Virus record (IMG/VR): IMGVR_UViG_3300047445_000314
Coordinates: 35,207 to 99,206 of that record
Source: a virus
Reading direction: 5' to 3' (one strand)
DNA: 64,000 nt
A program made the position numbers and the translations under genes. Below, one piece after another: positions 54,396-63,300 of this stretch; the stretch's first letter is position 1; each line of letters begins with the position of its first letter. Below the pieces are notes generated by a model. It had not been told where the DNA came from. It worked only from the letters and a program-made list of their open reading frames with translations, and did no database searches.

Positions 54396-55781
54396 ATGAA
54401 ACATGCGTTATCTTACCACGATTATCGTGCGTTGTGCTCATTCGCTGAGCAAAAAGATGAAAATATCTGCAAACAATATAGCAGCACGATGGATGCGCTG
54501 TTCACCTATTGGACCAAAACACTCGGCCACGACAAGATTTGCGTACTTGGCTTCGTCCTGTCCAGGACGTTGAAGTATGGCAAAGCGGTTGCCGCGATCC
54601 CGTTCCCGGCCTTCCTGGGTGGCGTGGTCAGCGAGGAGTACCAGCGCTCGATCACCAGCGCCCTGAATATTTCCAAGAATACACTTCGCAACGTCCTGAA
54701 GGAATTGGTGGAGGATGGTTTCCTGCACGCATTTTTCCCGGAGAAGCGGCGCGGAGTGGTAGACAACTTCACCCGGTTTTTTGAGATTGATTTCAAAAAG
54801 TTGCAACGCCTGACGTCGAAAGGTAGCAGCATCATGGGCATATTGCGTACTCCGAAATCCGCGAAATCGCCTGTGGCGGGTAGGGAAAATAGTAAGGAAA
54901 ACACCCCTGAAAAGTCCGTTTTACGACTCCCAAAATTGGGAGGCCTAAGTAGTATTCATAAGATACCTAAAGGTATCTATACCGCATCGCCTGCGGCTCG
55001 CGGGACCGGCCTGGAAGATGAACAACCAGAAACAAATATCGAACAACCTGTCCCTACCGTTCGTCGCTTGACCCGTACCCGCCCTGCGGCTGCTACCCCG
55101 ATCGCTACCCAGCCTACCCCTGCACCGCTATCCGGCGTCGCCAGCCTGATCCAGCGCGTCCACCAGATGCAGCAAGAGTTTCGCGACCGGCGTGCCGCCA
55201 AGGTGCGCTCCGCCAAAGGCGCTACCTCCGCCGCGCTGCAACAGCAGCAGGTGCAAGCCATGCTCGATAGCGCGATGGCCAAGTATTTCCCCAACTCACC
55301 ACGCATGGCGATCACCGGTAAAGCCTTCGGTGCCATGCGGAATCATCTGAAGCGCTCCGCGCCGGAGGACCTGGACGATTTCATCAATTGGACGATCCGT
55401 AGCTGGTCCGAGCTGGCGCAGCAGCACTCCCGCAGCGCCCGTAAAAACTTGGGAGACAGCACGAAAGCGAAGTTCGAGCCGTTGCCGTTTGCACCCAATT
55501 TCAATTCCTTCGGCTACCGCCTGCCCTACTTCCTGGCCTGCTACGTCAGCCGTAAGGCCGAGACCGCCGCGCTCGGTTCCCGTGATACCCGGCAGGATGA
55601 GTTGCTGGAGCGTACCAAACGCGCATTGGCCCACACCCGGCAGGAGATCGTCAGCCTGCGCGCGGTGGCGCAGAAAGCCCAGCAGGAGGCACGCGAGCGT
55701 CGCTCTGCTACCACGCGTATCCATGAGACAAGTTATGATAACGATATCCCCGCATGGGATGATTCCGAGGAGAATGAATAA
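54396..55781 (+). CDS. putative replication initiator (N-terminal winged helix)
   Basis: LNISKNTLRNVLKELVEDGFL; precedes loader-like and helicase genes. Confidence 0.55.
   Translation: MKHALSYHDYRALCSFAEQKDENICKQYSSTMDALFTYWTKTLGHDKICVLGFVLSRTLKYGKAVAAIPFPAFLGGVVSEEYQRSITSALNISKNTLRNVLKELVEDGFLHAFFPEKRRGVVDNFTRFFEIDFKKLQRLTSKGSSIMGILRTPKSAKSPVAGRENSKENTPEKSVLRLPKLGGLSSIHKIPKGIYTASPAARGTGLEDEQPETNIEQPVPTVRRLTRTRPAAATPIATQPTPAPLSGVASLIQRVHQMQQEFRDRRAAKVRSAKGATSAALQQQQVQAMLDSAMAKYFPNSPRMAITGKAFGAMRNHLKRSAPEDLDDFINWTIRSWSELAQQHSRSARKNLGDSTKAKFEPLPFAPNFNSFGYRLPYFLACYVSRKAETAALGSRDTRQDELLERTKRALAHTRQEIVSLRAVAQKAQQEARERRSATTRIHETSYDNDIPAWDDSEENE
54781..54796. repeat. motif copy 22 (TTGAGATTGATTTCAA), in CDS (FEIDFK)
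   Basis: One mismatch. Confidence 0.85.
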
Positions 55782-56365
55782 TGGCCGAGCATCCGAACAT
55801 CATCAAACTGCGCACCGCAGGCATCCCCGCCTACGTCTACGGCTGGACCCTGGAAATGAAAGGCTACGCGGGTCTGCAAGAACTCATCAGCGCCCGTGAA
55901 TACTTGCAGAATGGGGTTCTCAAGAACTTTTTCCTGAACGCAGGAAACCTTCTGGTCAAGGCACAGCACGGCATCGAGAGCAACGCGGTCATCGCTTGCA
56001 ACCTGATGGCGAAGCATCTCTGTCTATCCGGCGTACCGGTCTGTGTCACTTCAGTTACCGGCATTCTGAATGAAAACCGTCGTAGGCTGGATGCCCGTGA
56101 TCAGTCCGAGCAGTACCGGGCCGTATTCGGGAAAGGCTATCTGGTGATCCCCGACTTCGTACTCTCTGATATTTCAGGTATCTGGACCGAAGATGCATTA
56201 CGCGCCGTAGCAGATACCTTGATGGCGCACGTCCAGTACGGCGGTGGTCTTGTCCTCGGCGGCAAGGATTATCCAGAGCACATTGCGGCGGTGCTGGGCT
56301 ACGATCTGCACACACTACTCCAACACGCGTTCGCGTACTACCCAGTCAACCAAGGACAAGCATGA
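55781..56365 (+). CDS. degenerate DnaC/IstB-like helicase loader
   Basis: AGIP N-terminus, YLVIPDF Walker-B-like, no Walker A; lies between initiator and helicase. Confidence 0.45.
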   Translation: MAEHPNIIKLRTAGIPAYVYGWTLEMKGYAGLQELISAREYLQNGVLKNFFLNAGNLLVKAQHGIESNAVIACNLMAKHLCLSGVPVCVTSVTGILNENRRRLDARDQSEQYRAVFGKGYLVIPDFVLSDISGIWTEDALRAVADTLMAHVQYGGGLVLGGKDYPEHIAAVLGYDLHTLLQHAFAYYPVNQGQA

Positions 56366-57618
56366 GTGACGGCCTCAAGGTGCTTAGTTCTATCATCGCC
56401 AGCGGTAGTTCCGGCGCGCTCCTCCGTCTTGACCGCGAATCACTGGTCGGCAACGAGGTGGATGCCTTTGATTTCATGCGCGGCCACTTCCGTTCCTACC
56501 GCGAATTGCCACTGGCACAGACGGTGCAGACCGAAACCGGCATCCGCCTGCCAATTGCCAATGAGCCGCTACAGTTCTATATCGACTCGGTTGATGACCG
56601 GCACACCTACAACCAGATACGCGACCACTACGCCACCTTGCGCGAACAGCTCACCGGACGCGACATGGAGGCGGTCCGCGACACGGTAGGCTTGATGTCG
56701 CGCTCGGTACGCGGCAGGGTCCGCAATACGACCGTGGTCAGCATGGGCGAGGGTCTGGGGGAGGTTATCCACCGGCTCGATACCACGCGCGGCTATGGCG
56801 GTATGACAGGGGTTACGTCGGGCTGGGAAGGTTGCGACAGCATTACAGGCGGCTACCAGAATTCCGACCTGATCACCTTTGTCGGCAGGCCGGGTCTCGG
56901 CAAAACCTACGTGTTGCTCAAGCAGACGATTGCGGCGCACCTTGCAGGCCACAGCGTTCTATTCGTGACCACCGAGATGGGAACAGAACAGATTGCCCGC
57001 CGCTACGCCTCGCTGGTATTAGGGATCAACCCCGAGACCCTGAAGACGAACATGATCTCGACGTACATGGAGCGGCGTATCCGCGCGCTGCAAGCCGAGA
57101 TGCTGGCCGACGTCGGTTTCAAGGTATTCTCAGTCGGCATGGGGGCCAAGGTGTCGGCGATAGAAGGCCTGATCGAAGAGTTCGGACCGGATGCCGTCTA
57201 CCTGGATGGTACCTATCTGTTGCACCCGACCGCGAAAGGCAAGATGAACCGCATCGAGCGGGTGGGTGAAGTATTCGATGAACTGAAAGGCCTGACCATC
57301 TCCACTGGCATACCCATCATCAACACGATGCAGTATAATCGACAGGCAGGCAAAGACGGCAAAGACGGTTCACTAGAGAACATTGGTTTTACCGACGCGG
57401 TCGGCATGCACAGCTCTGTCGTAGCAGGCTTGCGCCACGGCCCCAGCACGAACCCCAAAGACTCCCGCGCACTGGACTTCATGAAAGGACGCGAAGGCGA
57501 GAGTGGCGTCGTTAATATCCATTTCAAGTTTGCCCCTGTTAATTTTGGCGAGATGCCACCGGAAGATATCGAGGCGGCAGCCGCCGAAGCCGGTGACGAG
57601 AGCGTGTGGACAGCATAA
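56362..57618 (+). CDS. DnaB-like replicative helicase
   Basis: GRPGLGKT, VLFVTTEM, VYLDGTYL, QYNR, KGREG. Confidence 0.9.
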   Translation: MSDGLKVLSSIIASGSSGALLRLDRESLVGNEVDAFDFMRGHFRSYRELPLAQTVQTETGIRLPIANEPLQFYIDSVDDRHTYNQIRDHYATLREQLTGRDMEAVRDTVGLMSRSVRGRVRNTTVVSMGEGLGEVIHRLDTTRGYGGMTGVTSGWEGCDSITGGYQNSDLITFVGRPGLGKTYVLLKQTIAAHLAGHSVLFVTTEMGTEQIARRYASLVLGINPETLKTNMISTYMERRIRALQAEMLADVGFKVFSVGMGAKVSAIEGLIEEFGPDAVYLDGTYLLHPTAKGKMNRIERVGEVFDELKGLTISTGIPIINTMQYNRQAGKDGKDGSLENIGFTDAVGMHSSVVAGLRHGPSTNPKDSRALDFMKGREGESGVVNIHFKFAPVNFGEMPPEDIEAAAAEAGDESVWTA

Positions 57619-57627
57619 GGAATAACC

Positions 57628-57837
57628 ATGGACTATCTACTTGAAATCCCCGAAGGCTCGCGCTGGCGGCACTACAAGAATCAGGCCATCTACAAGGTCT
57701 TGATGCTGACCAATACGCAATCGAACGACCAGAAGACCTACACCACCACCGTTGTGTATGAGGGGCCGAATGGCTATCGCTGGAGCCGCCCCGCGTATGA
57801 CTGGCACCGCAGCATGACCCGCGTGGTGGCGGCGTAA
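57628..57837 (+). CDS. DUF1653-like protein
   Basis: WRHYKN..YKVL...VVYE...WSRP. Confidence 0.7.
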   Translation: MDYLLEIPEGSRWRHYKNQAIYKVLMLTNTQSNDQKTYTTTVVYEGPNGYRWSRPAYDWHRSMTRVVAA

Positions 57838-58064
57838 TGGATATCTACAGCGATCTGCGCATTCCGTTCAGCACCGCCGTATGGTTGCGCACCCACAAAT
57901 TTAGTCCTCTCGCCGTGGCCGTATCGCGCCGTTTGAAGTTGATTGCAAATGCTCGGGTAGAGATAGCATCGCTTGAATGCCAGCTCGATATTCACGACAA
58001 AGAATTGCAGAAGCTACTGGACGAAGCAAACACAAAGCTGGAGGAGTCGGCCAATGGCTATTAA
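57837..58064 (+). CDS. hypothetical coiled-coil protein
   Basis: TAATG coupling to the previous gene. Confidence 0.55.
   Translation: MDIYSDLRIPFSTAVWLRTHKFSPLAVAVSRRLKLIANARVEIASLECQLDIHDKELQKLLDEANTKLEESANGY
57933..57948. repeat. motif copy 23 (TTGAAGTTGATTGCAA), in CDS (LKLIA)
   Basis: One mismatch. Confidence 0.85.
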
Positions 58065-60852
58065 CGAAAAGCTCTGCGACGGCTGCCCGATCCAAGGGGA
58101 ACATCAACCCGCCAACGCGGTCGGGCCGGAGAACGCCAAGTTCCTGGTCGTGGTCGATGTCCCCAGCGCGGCGGGTGCCAAAGAGAAACGATTACTTGCC
58201 CCCGGCACCTTGAAGGTGTTCGCGGAGGAGATGCAGGAGATCGGCTTCGGCAAGGATGACTTCCGTTTCTTCCCGTCCTGCCTGTGCCCGTACAACCCGG
58301 ACTCGATGACCAACAAGACGAAGAAGGCGATCCACAAACACTGCCGCCAGCACTTCGTCGACGAGGTATTCACCAATCACCCGGACGCCCTGATCCCGCT
58401 CGGCGCGGCAGCAGCTACCCATGCGTTCGGGCGCGACACCAAGATCACCAAGGTGCGCGGCCTGGGCAACCAAAGCGAAGAGTTCCATATACCCATCTTC
58501 CCGCTGCTCTCCCCGGCGCAGGTGGTGTTCTATCCACAGAACCGCCCCATCTTCCGCGCCGACGTGCAATCCTTCGCGCGCTTTTTTGACCACGGCTATG
58601 ATGCCGCGTCCGGCAGCGTCGAGCATGGCGAGTACACCTTTGTCGACGACCTGCAATTCCTGATCGACATGGACCCGGAACTGCTCGCGTTCGATACGGA
58701 GAACACCGGCCTGCGCTGGTACGCCCAAGGTTGTGATGTCCGCACCTACGACGCGGCCCGCCATAAGGGCAACCAGGAATTCAAACCACGCGCACAGATA
58801 CTCACCATGCAGTTTTGTGTGGAGCCGGGGAAGGCCTATGTTCTGAAATGGGACCATCCAGAAGACCCGATCCCCGAGGCGCGCAAGGCCAAGCTGCGCA
58901 ACCAGATACGCCAGTTGCTGTGCAAGCCGGAGCGTATCATCGTTGGTCAGAATCTGAAATACGACGCGGTGTATCTATGGAAGACGGAAGGCATCCGCAT
59001 CCGTGTCGGAGGCGACACCCTCATGCTGGCGACCTTGCTGGACGAGAACGCCATGGAGCGCAACCTGGACGTGCTTACCAAAATCCATTTGCCAGCCTAC
59101 GCTGGCTACGCCGACTTGTTCAACGCCACCTACGACAAGAGCCGCATGTGGGAAGTCCCACTGCACGAGATACGTGGCTACGGCGGCGGTGACGCCGATG
59201 TCTGCTACCAGATATATGAAATCCTGGAGGCGCAGGTCATGCAGGACGAGCGGCTGTGGGCGCACTACCTGCGTGTTTCGTTACCCGGCCTGAACGGCTT
59301 TGTCGGCCTGGAGGCGCGCGGCATGCACGTCGATACCGGTGGCGCGATGGAAGAGTTCCGGCAATACATGGTGACCGAGGTCGAACGGCAGCGGGTATCT
59401 ATCGTCGCGCAGATACCGCGCCAGATCAAGCTGGATCACATCAACCTGAAAGCGTTCAAGGGCAAGCCGGAAAAAGCCCTGGCATTGTCGCGGCCAGGGC
59501 TTTTAAAAGACATTCTATTTACTCATCCGAATGGCTTTAAATTAAAACCCAAGGTCTTTACTAAGACCACTACTAAGCTACCGGACCACCTGAAAGAACC
59601 TAGTGTCTCCTCCAAGGACCATCTGCCGTTTTTCTTTGATACCTGTCCGTTCACCTTCGAGCTGGCCGAATATGTCAAAAATGAACGGCTGCTCACCACC
59701 AACGTGGTCGGCTTTAAGAACAAGTACGTGGTCGACGACATGGTCAGGCCTACGTATGGACTGTCAAAAGCTGTTACTGGGCGCACTAACAGCGACGATC
59801 CGAACGGGCAAAACTATCCCAAGCGCGGCAAGATGGCCAAGACCTACGGCAAGCAGTTCGTGGCTCCGCCCGGCTACTTCATGATCGCGCCCGACTTGTC
59901 ACAAGCCGAGCTGCGCATCGCCGCGTCGATGGCCAACGAAAAGACCATGATCGAGATTTACAAGGCGGGCGGCGACATCCACCGCACCACCGCCGCCGTC
60001 GTGATGTCGATCGCCGATGCCGCCTTCGCGCGGCTGATGGAAGCGGTACAGAAGGATGCCCGCCAGAAGGCCAAGGCGGTGAACTTCGGCTTCCTGTTCG
60101 GCATGTGGTGGAAGAAGTTTATCGTGTACGCCAAGACCCAGTACGGCGTGGAGTTCACCGACAAGGAAGCTAAGGCTGTCCGCGAGAACTTCTTCAAAAA
60201 GTACAAAGGTCTGGAGCCATGGCACAACCGGGTCAAGGACTTCGCGTTGCAACATGGCTACGTGCGCTCCTATACCGGCCGCATCCGTCACCTGCCCATG
60301 GTCGACTCGTCCGAGGACTACATCGTGCAAGAGGCACTGCGCCAGGCCATCAACAGCCCGGTCCAGGAATGCGCCTCCTCGCTGGGCGTGATGGCGATCG
60401 GCCGCATGAACGAAGAAGTCGACTCACGCTACCTGCCTATCGTCGGCTTTATCCATGACTCGATCATCGGTTACGTGCGCAAGGAATATCTGGACTGGGG
60501 TTTGAAAACCATCAAGGGCTATATGGAGTCGAACCCGATGAAGGAATGGTTCAACAGCGAGATCAAGGTGCCGATTGTCGCCGACGCCTCCTTCGGGTTA
60601 AACTTCGGGGAGTTGATCGAATGCCCCGGCTTCAGGCTTGATGAACCCTACAATTTTCAGGGTTTAGTGGACAAGGAAGGCAGACCACTCGCGCAGGTGC
60701 CAGTACAGCGCACGCCACCGAATAACGGCAGGTTGACGAGATCAGTCTATACACTTGATACCGACCTGGAAGAGGAAATGACCGACATCATGACCACCGC
60801 GCTGGCGCGTTCGCGCCGGGTGCCACGGTCGTCACCGAGGAGAGCAGCATGA
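58054..60852 (+). CDS. polA: family A DNA polymerase with N-terminal UDG-like domain and 3'-5' exonuclease
   Basis: Exo motifs FDTE, QNLKYD, YGGGDAD; motif A DLSQAELR, motif B RQKAKAVNFG, motif C IHDS; N-terminal CxxC UDG family 4-like domain. Confidence 0.92.
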   Translation: MAINEKLCDGCPIQGEHQPANAVGPENAKFLVVVDVPSAAGAKEKRLLAPGTLKVFAEEMQEIGFGKDDFRFFPSCLCPYNPDSMTNKTKKAIHKHCRQHFVDEVFTNHPDALIPLGAAAATHAFGRDTKITKVRGLGNQSEEFHIPIFPLLSPAQVVFYPQNRPIFRADVQSFARFFDHGYDAASGSVEHGEYTFVDDLQFLIDMDPELLAFDTENTGLRWYAQGCDVRTYDAARHKGNQEFKPRAQILTMQFCVEPGKAYVLKWDHPEDPIPEARKAKLRNQIRQLLCKPERIIVGQNLKYDAVYLWKTEGIRIRVGGDTLMLATLLDENAMERNLDVLTKIHLPAYAGYADLFNATYDKSRMWEVPLHEIRGYGGGDADVCYQIYEILEAQVMQDERLWAHYLRVSLPGLNGFVGLEARGMHVDTGGAMEEFRQYMVTEVERQRVSIVAQIPRQIKLDHINLKAFKGKPEKALALSRPGLLKDILFTHPNGFKLKPKVFTKTTTKLPDHLKEPSVSSKDHLPFFFDTCPFTFELAEYVKNERLLTTNVVGFKNKYVVDDMVRPTYGLSKAVTGRTNSDDPNGQNYPKRGKMAKTYGKQFVAPPGYFMIAPDLSQAELRIAASMANEKTMIEIYKAGGDIHRTTAAVVMSIADAAFARLMEAVQKDARQKAKAVNFGFLFGMWWKKFIVYAKTQYGVEFTDKEAKAVRENFFKKYKGLEPWHNRVKDFALQHGYVRSYTGRIRHLPMVDSSEDYIVQEALRQAINSPVQECASSLGVMAIGRMNEEVDSRYLPIVGFIHDSIIGYVRKEYLDWGLKTIKGYMESNPMKEWFNSEIKVPIVADASFGLNFGELIECPGFRLDEPYNFQGLVDKEGRPLAQVPVQRTPPNNGRLTRSVYTLDTDLEEEMTDIMTTALARSRRVPRSSPRRAA

Positions 60853-61070
60853 CATCACGCAAACGATTCAAAAAGGCACTGGCGCGGATTATCCGCATGG
60901 ACCGCGACCTGTTCCTCGCCCCGCGCTACAAACCTAACACGCATGCCAGGATTGTCGCGGCGATGGCGGCAATCGGTAAAGGCAGGGTAATGGCTGGCCG
61001 AAAGGATGAGGCAATCGCCGCAATGAACGCCGCCCGCTATGCTCGCCACCAAACTTCGATACCGGACTAA
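60849..61070 (+). CDS. small basic protein
   Basis: ATGA coupling, RBS GGAG. Confidence 0.55.
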   Translation: MTSRKRFKKALARIIRMDRDLFLAPRYKPNTHARIVAAMAAIGKGRVMAGRKDEAIAAMNAARYARHQTSIPD

Positions 61071-61072
61071 CT

Positions 61073-61219
61073 ATGATTACCGTAACCTATCAATATCCAG
61101 ACATGGAGCGGGAGGCGGAGAAGGAATTCACCGACCCGGCGCTGGCACACAAGCTTGTCCAGGATGTGACCGACAATGACGGCTGGGCCGAAGTTCTCTG
61201 GGACGGGGAGGAAGATTAA
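61073..61219 (+). CDS. small acidic protein (48 aa)
   Basis: Not in the track; fills the gap exactly and is TAATG-coupled to the next gene. Confidence 0.5.
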   Translation: MITVTYQYPDMEREAEKEFTDPALAHKLVQDVTDNDGWAEVLWDGEED

Positions 61220-61500
61220 TGACACCTAACGAAATGACTGCCATGCGGAAGAAGTTTGAGGAGCAGGATGTCAGTGGCCATCCCGACTATACGTACAGCA
61301 TCGCCGCGCGCCGCTATGTCTGCAATTTTACCCAAGGGCGCTGGTTGAACTGGCAAACGGCGTGGGTGGCCGGGAAAAACTACAAACCGGGGCAGGACAG
61401 GCAGGAAACCCCCGCCCGCATCGTACAATCGACCGCACCACCGCCCGCCGCGACCACGACCGCCAACCCCGCTCGCCTGACGCGCACGCGCCCAGCATAG
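61219..61500 (+). CDS. hypothetical protein
   Basis: RBS GGAGG; tail RLTRTRPA. Confidence 0.6.
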   Translation: MTPNEMTAMRKKFEEQDVSGHPDYTYSIAARRYVCNFTQGRWLNWQTAWVAGKNYKPGQDRQETPARIVQSTAPPPAATTTANPARLTRTRPA

Positions 61501-61537
61501 CGCGCTATACTAGAACCTACACCATAAAGGAGCCATC

Positions 61538-62071
61538 ATGGCAGCCGTACTCCGCCGCACCCCACCCGCGCCAGCGGTAGAAGCACCGCGCCGCATGATG
61601 CGCGTCTCGCGCCCCGGCCTGGTTGATGCCAAGTCCGTGGCCGCGCAGGAGAAGATCGAAAGCACGCTCAAAAACCATTTGCAATTGATTGCATATAACG
61701 CCAACCGCGCCGAGTATTTGCGCGCGTCAATCGCGGCCGAGTTGCTGTCGCTGGAAGAAGACACCAAGCGCCACGCAGCCATCTGCGAGAAAGCGCTGAA
61801 GGATGGCAAGCTGAAAGGCTGGACTACCGCCGACTGGGAATGCAAGTTCGAGGACACGCTAATCCGTGGCTCGCGCGAACCCAAGCTGGATGAAGTCTTG
61901 CTGGCGTTGGGCGAGGAGAACTTCCTGAAGGTGGTCAAGGTACAGATCACCGAGCTGAAGGAGTTCATGACGGACAACGAGATCAACGCAGTCTCGACCG
62001 TGGTACCCGCCACGCCGGGGCCAACCGTATTCAAGCATGGTCCGGTCGGGGTGAAGAAAGGCAAGAAATGA
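61538..62071 (+). CDS. hypothetical coiled-coil protein
   Basis: RBS AAGGAG. Confidence 0.7.
   Translation: MAAVLRRTPPAPAVEAPRRMMRVSRPGLVDAKSVAAQEKIESTLKNHLQLIAYNANRAEYLRASIAAELLSLEEDTKRHAAICEKALKDGKLKGWTTADWECKFEDTLIRGSREPKLDEVLLALGEENFLKVVKVQITELKEFMTDNEINAVSTVVPATPGPTVFKHGPVGVKKGKK
61679..61694. repeat. motif copy 24 (TTGCAATTGATTGCAT), in CDS (LQLIA)
   Basis: One mismatch. Confidence 0.85.
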
Positions 62072-62244
62072 AATACTATATCGGACAGCGCGTCATCTTG
62101 AATGACAGTGAGATCGGCACCGTAGTGGCATCGGAAAATGACAAGCCACCTTACTTTGGTATCTGGGTTTTCTCCCCCGCCAAAGGGTATGCCTCCGACT
62201 ACGCGCTGACCAGCGTCAAGCCTTTGCCTGATGGGCAGTTGTAG
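62068..62244 (+). CDS. small hypothetical protein (58 aa)
   Basis: Not in the track; ATGA-coupled; MKYYIGQRVILND... Confidence 0.55.
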   Translation: MKYYIGQRVILNDSEIGTVVASENDKPPYFGIWVFSPAKGYASDYALTSVKPLPDGQL

Positions 62245-62252
62245 AGGCTGAC

Positions 62253-63263
62253 ATGGACCGCGAAAGCGTACACGATATTATCAAGGACGTGTTCGGGCCG
62301 AATACCGAGGCCAAGGACGTCGGCGAGTGGGTTTCAATTTGCTGTCCGCTATCAGAATACACGCACCCGCACGGACGCGACAACCATCCGTCCGCTGGTA
62401 TATCGGTTGACCCGGATGGCACCTCCATTTTCAATTGCTTTACGTGCAAAAACACCGGCCCGATCCACGCCATGCTGCGCAAGTACGCCGACTATACCGG
62501 CGAGGATTTGTCCGACTTGATCGATGAGCTGGAGGAGGAATCCTATCTAGGCCCGCGCACCTTGCAGACCTGGGACAGTCTGAAGGCCAAGAACGAGGCG
62601 GTGATCCAGATGCCGATTGACGAGGGTATTTTCATGAGCCTGTACGACTCGGCGGCGGGCCATCCGTACCTGAAGCAGCGCGGTATCTCGGACGCCACCG
62701 CGCGCAAGCTGGAGTTGTTGTTCGACCCGCGCGATCCCGCCGATGACGAGCCGCGCATCCTGTTCCCGATCCGGGGTATCGACGGCTTGCTGTATGGTTT
62801 TTCCGGCCGCGCCATCTATGGGGACGCCTTCCTTAAAGTGCGCGATTACCATGGATTCAAGAAGGCGCAGAATGTCCTGGGCGCGCACCTGATTGCACGC
62901 GACAACCCGGACAAGGTTCTGCTCGTTGAAGGGCTTTTTGATTACGCGTCCATGCACGAATGCGGCTATTACGGCGCGGCGGTCATGCACAGCACGCTGA
63001 CACAGGCACAGGCTGACATCTTCCGCGAACTGGGCAAGCCGACGTACCTGTTCTATGACAACCCGAAGATCGATAAGGCAGGGAGGGAGGGCGTCGAAAT
63101 AGCGGGCAAGATGCTAAGAGACTACGTGCCAACCATGCGCGTGCGCTATCCGGAGCTGGAGATCGAAGACGACAGCGAAGACGGGTATCATATGGTTAAG
63201 GACCCAGGCGACCTTATCCGCGAAGACGTGGAAGTCATGATCGAGGATGCGCGATTATATTGA
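62253..63263 (+). CDS. DNA primase (zinc-binding plus TOPRIM)
   Basis: CPL...H..D.HPS...FNCFTC; ILFPI...GFSGR; LVEGLFD; FYDN; KDPGD. Confidence 0.9.
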   Translation: MDRESVHDIIKDVFGPNTEAKDVGEWVSICCPLSEYTHPHGRDNHPSAGISVDPDGTSIFNCFTCKNTGPIHAMLRKYADYTGEDLSDLIDELEEESYLGPRTLQTWDSLKAKNEAVIQMPIDEGIFMSLYDSAAGHPYLKQRGISDATARKLELLFDPRDPADDEPRILFPIRGIDGLLYGFSGRAIYGDAFLKVRDYHGFKKAQNVLGAHLIARDNPDKVLLVEGLFDYASMHECGYYGAAVMHSTLTQAQADIFRELGKPTYLFYDNPKIDKAGREGVEIAGKMLRDYVPTMRVRYPELEIEDDSEDGYHMVKDPGDLIREDVEVMIEDARLY

Positions 63264-63288
63264 CTTATAGCCACCACACCGCTACTAT
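63260..63288 (+). promoter_or_regulatory. sigma70-like promoter
   Basis: TTGACT-17-TACTAT. Confidence 0.6.
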
Positions 63289-63300
63289 GGAGTTGTCGTA

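Noticed and set aside
54458-54806. Weaker motif-like matches (ATGAAAATATCTGCAA at 54458, TTTCAAAAAGTTGCAA at 54791; half-sites near 24880 and 28146)
   Set aside because: Four or more mismatches; not counted without a PWM score.
56362-60852. Intein or intron in helicase or polymerase
   Set aside because: Lengths and motif spacing are normal; no intein splice motifs or LAGLIDADG seen.
2092-61694. Palindrome as a host FNR, IHF, Fur or LexA site, or as CRISPR repeats
   Set aside because: It lacks TTGAT-N4-ATCAA, WATCAA-N4-TTR, GATAAT arrays and CTGT-N8-ACAG. Copies are kilobases apart with genes between them, so it is not an array.
2092-61694. Palindrome as recombinase crossover sites (inverted arms around a CA/TG core)
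   Set aside because: Arms are only 7-8 bp, no recombinase is in the window, and recombination inside essential genes would be lethal. Not formally excluded.
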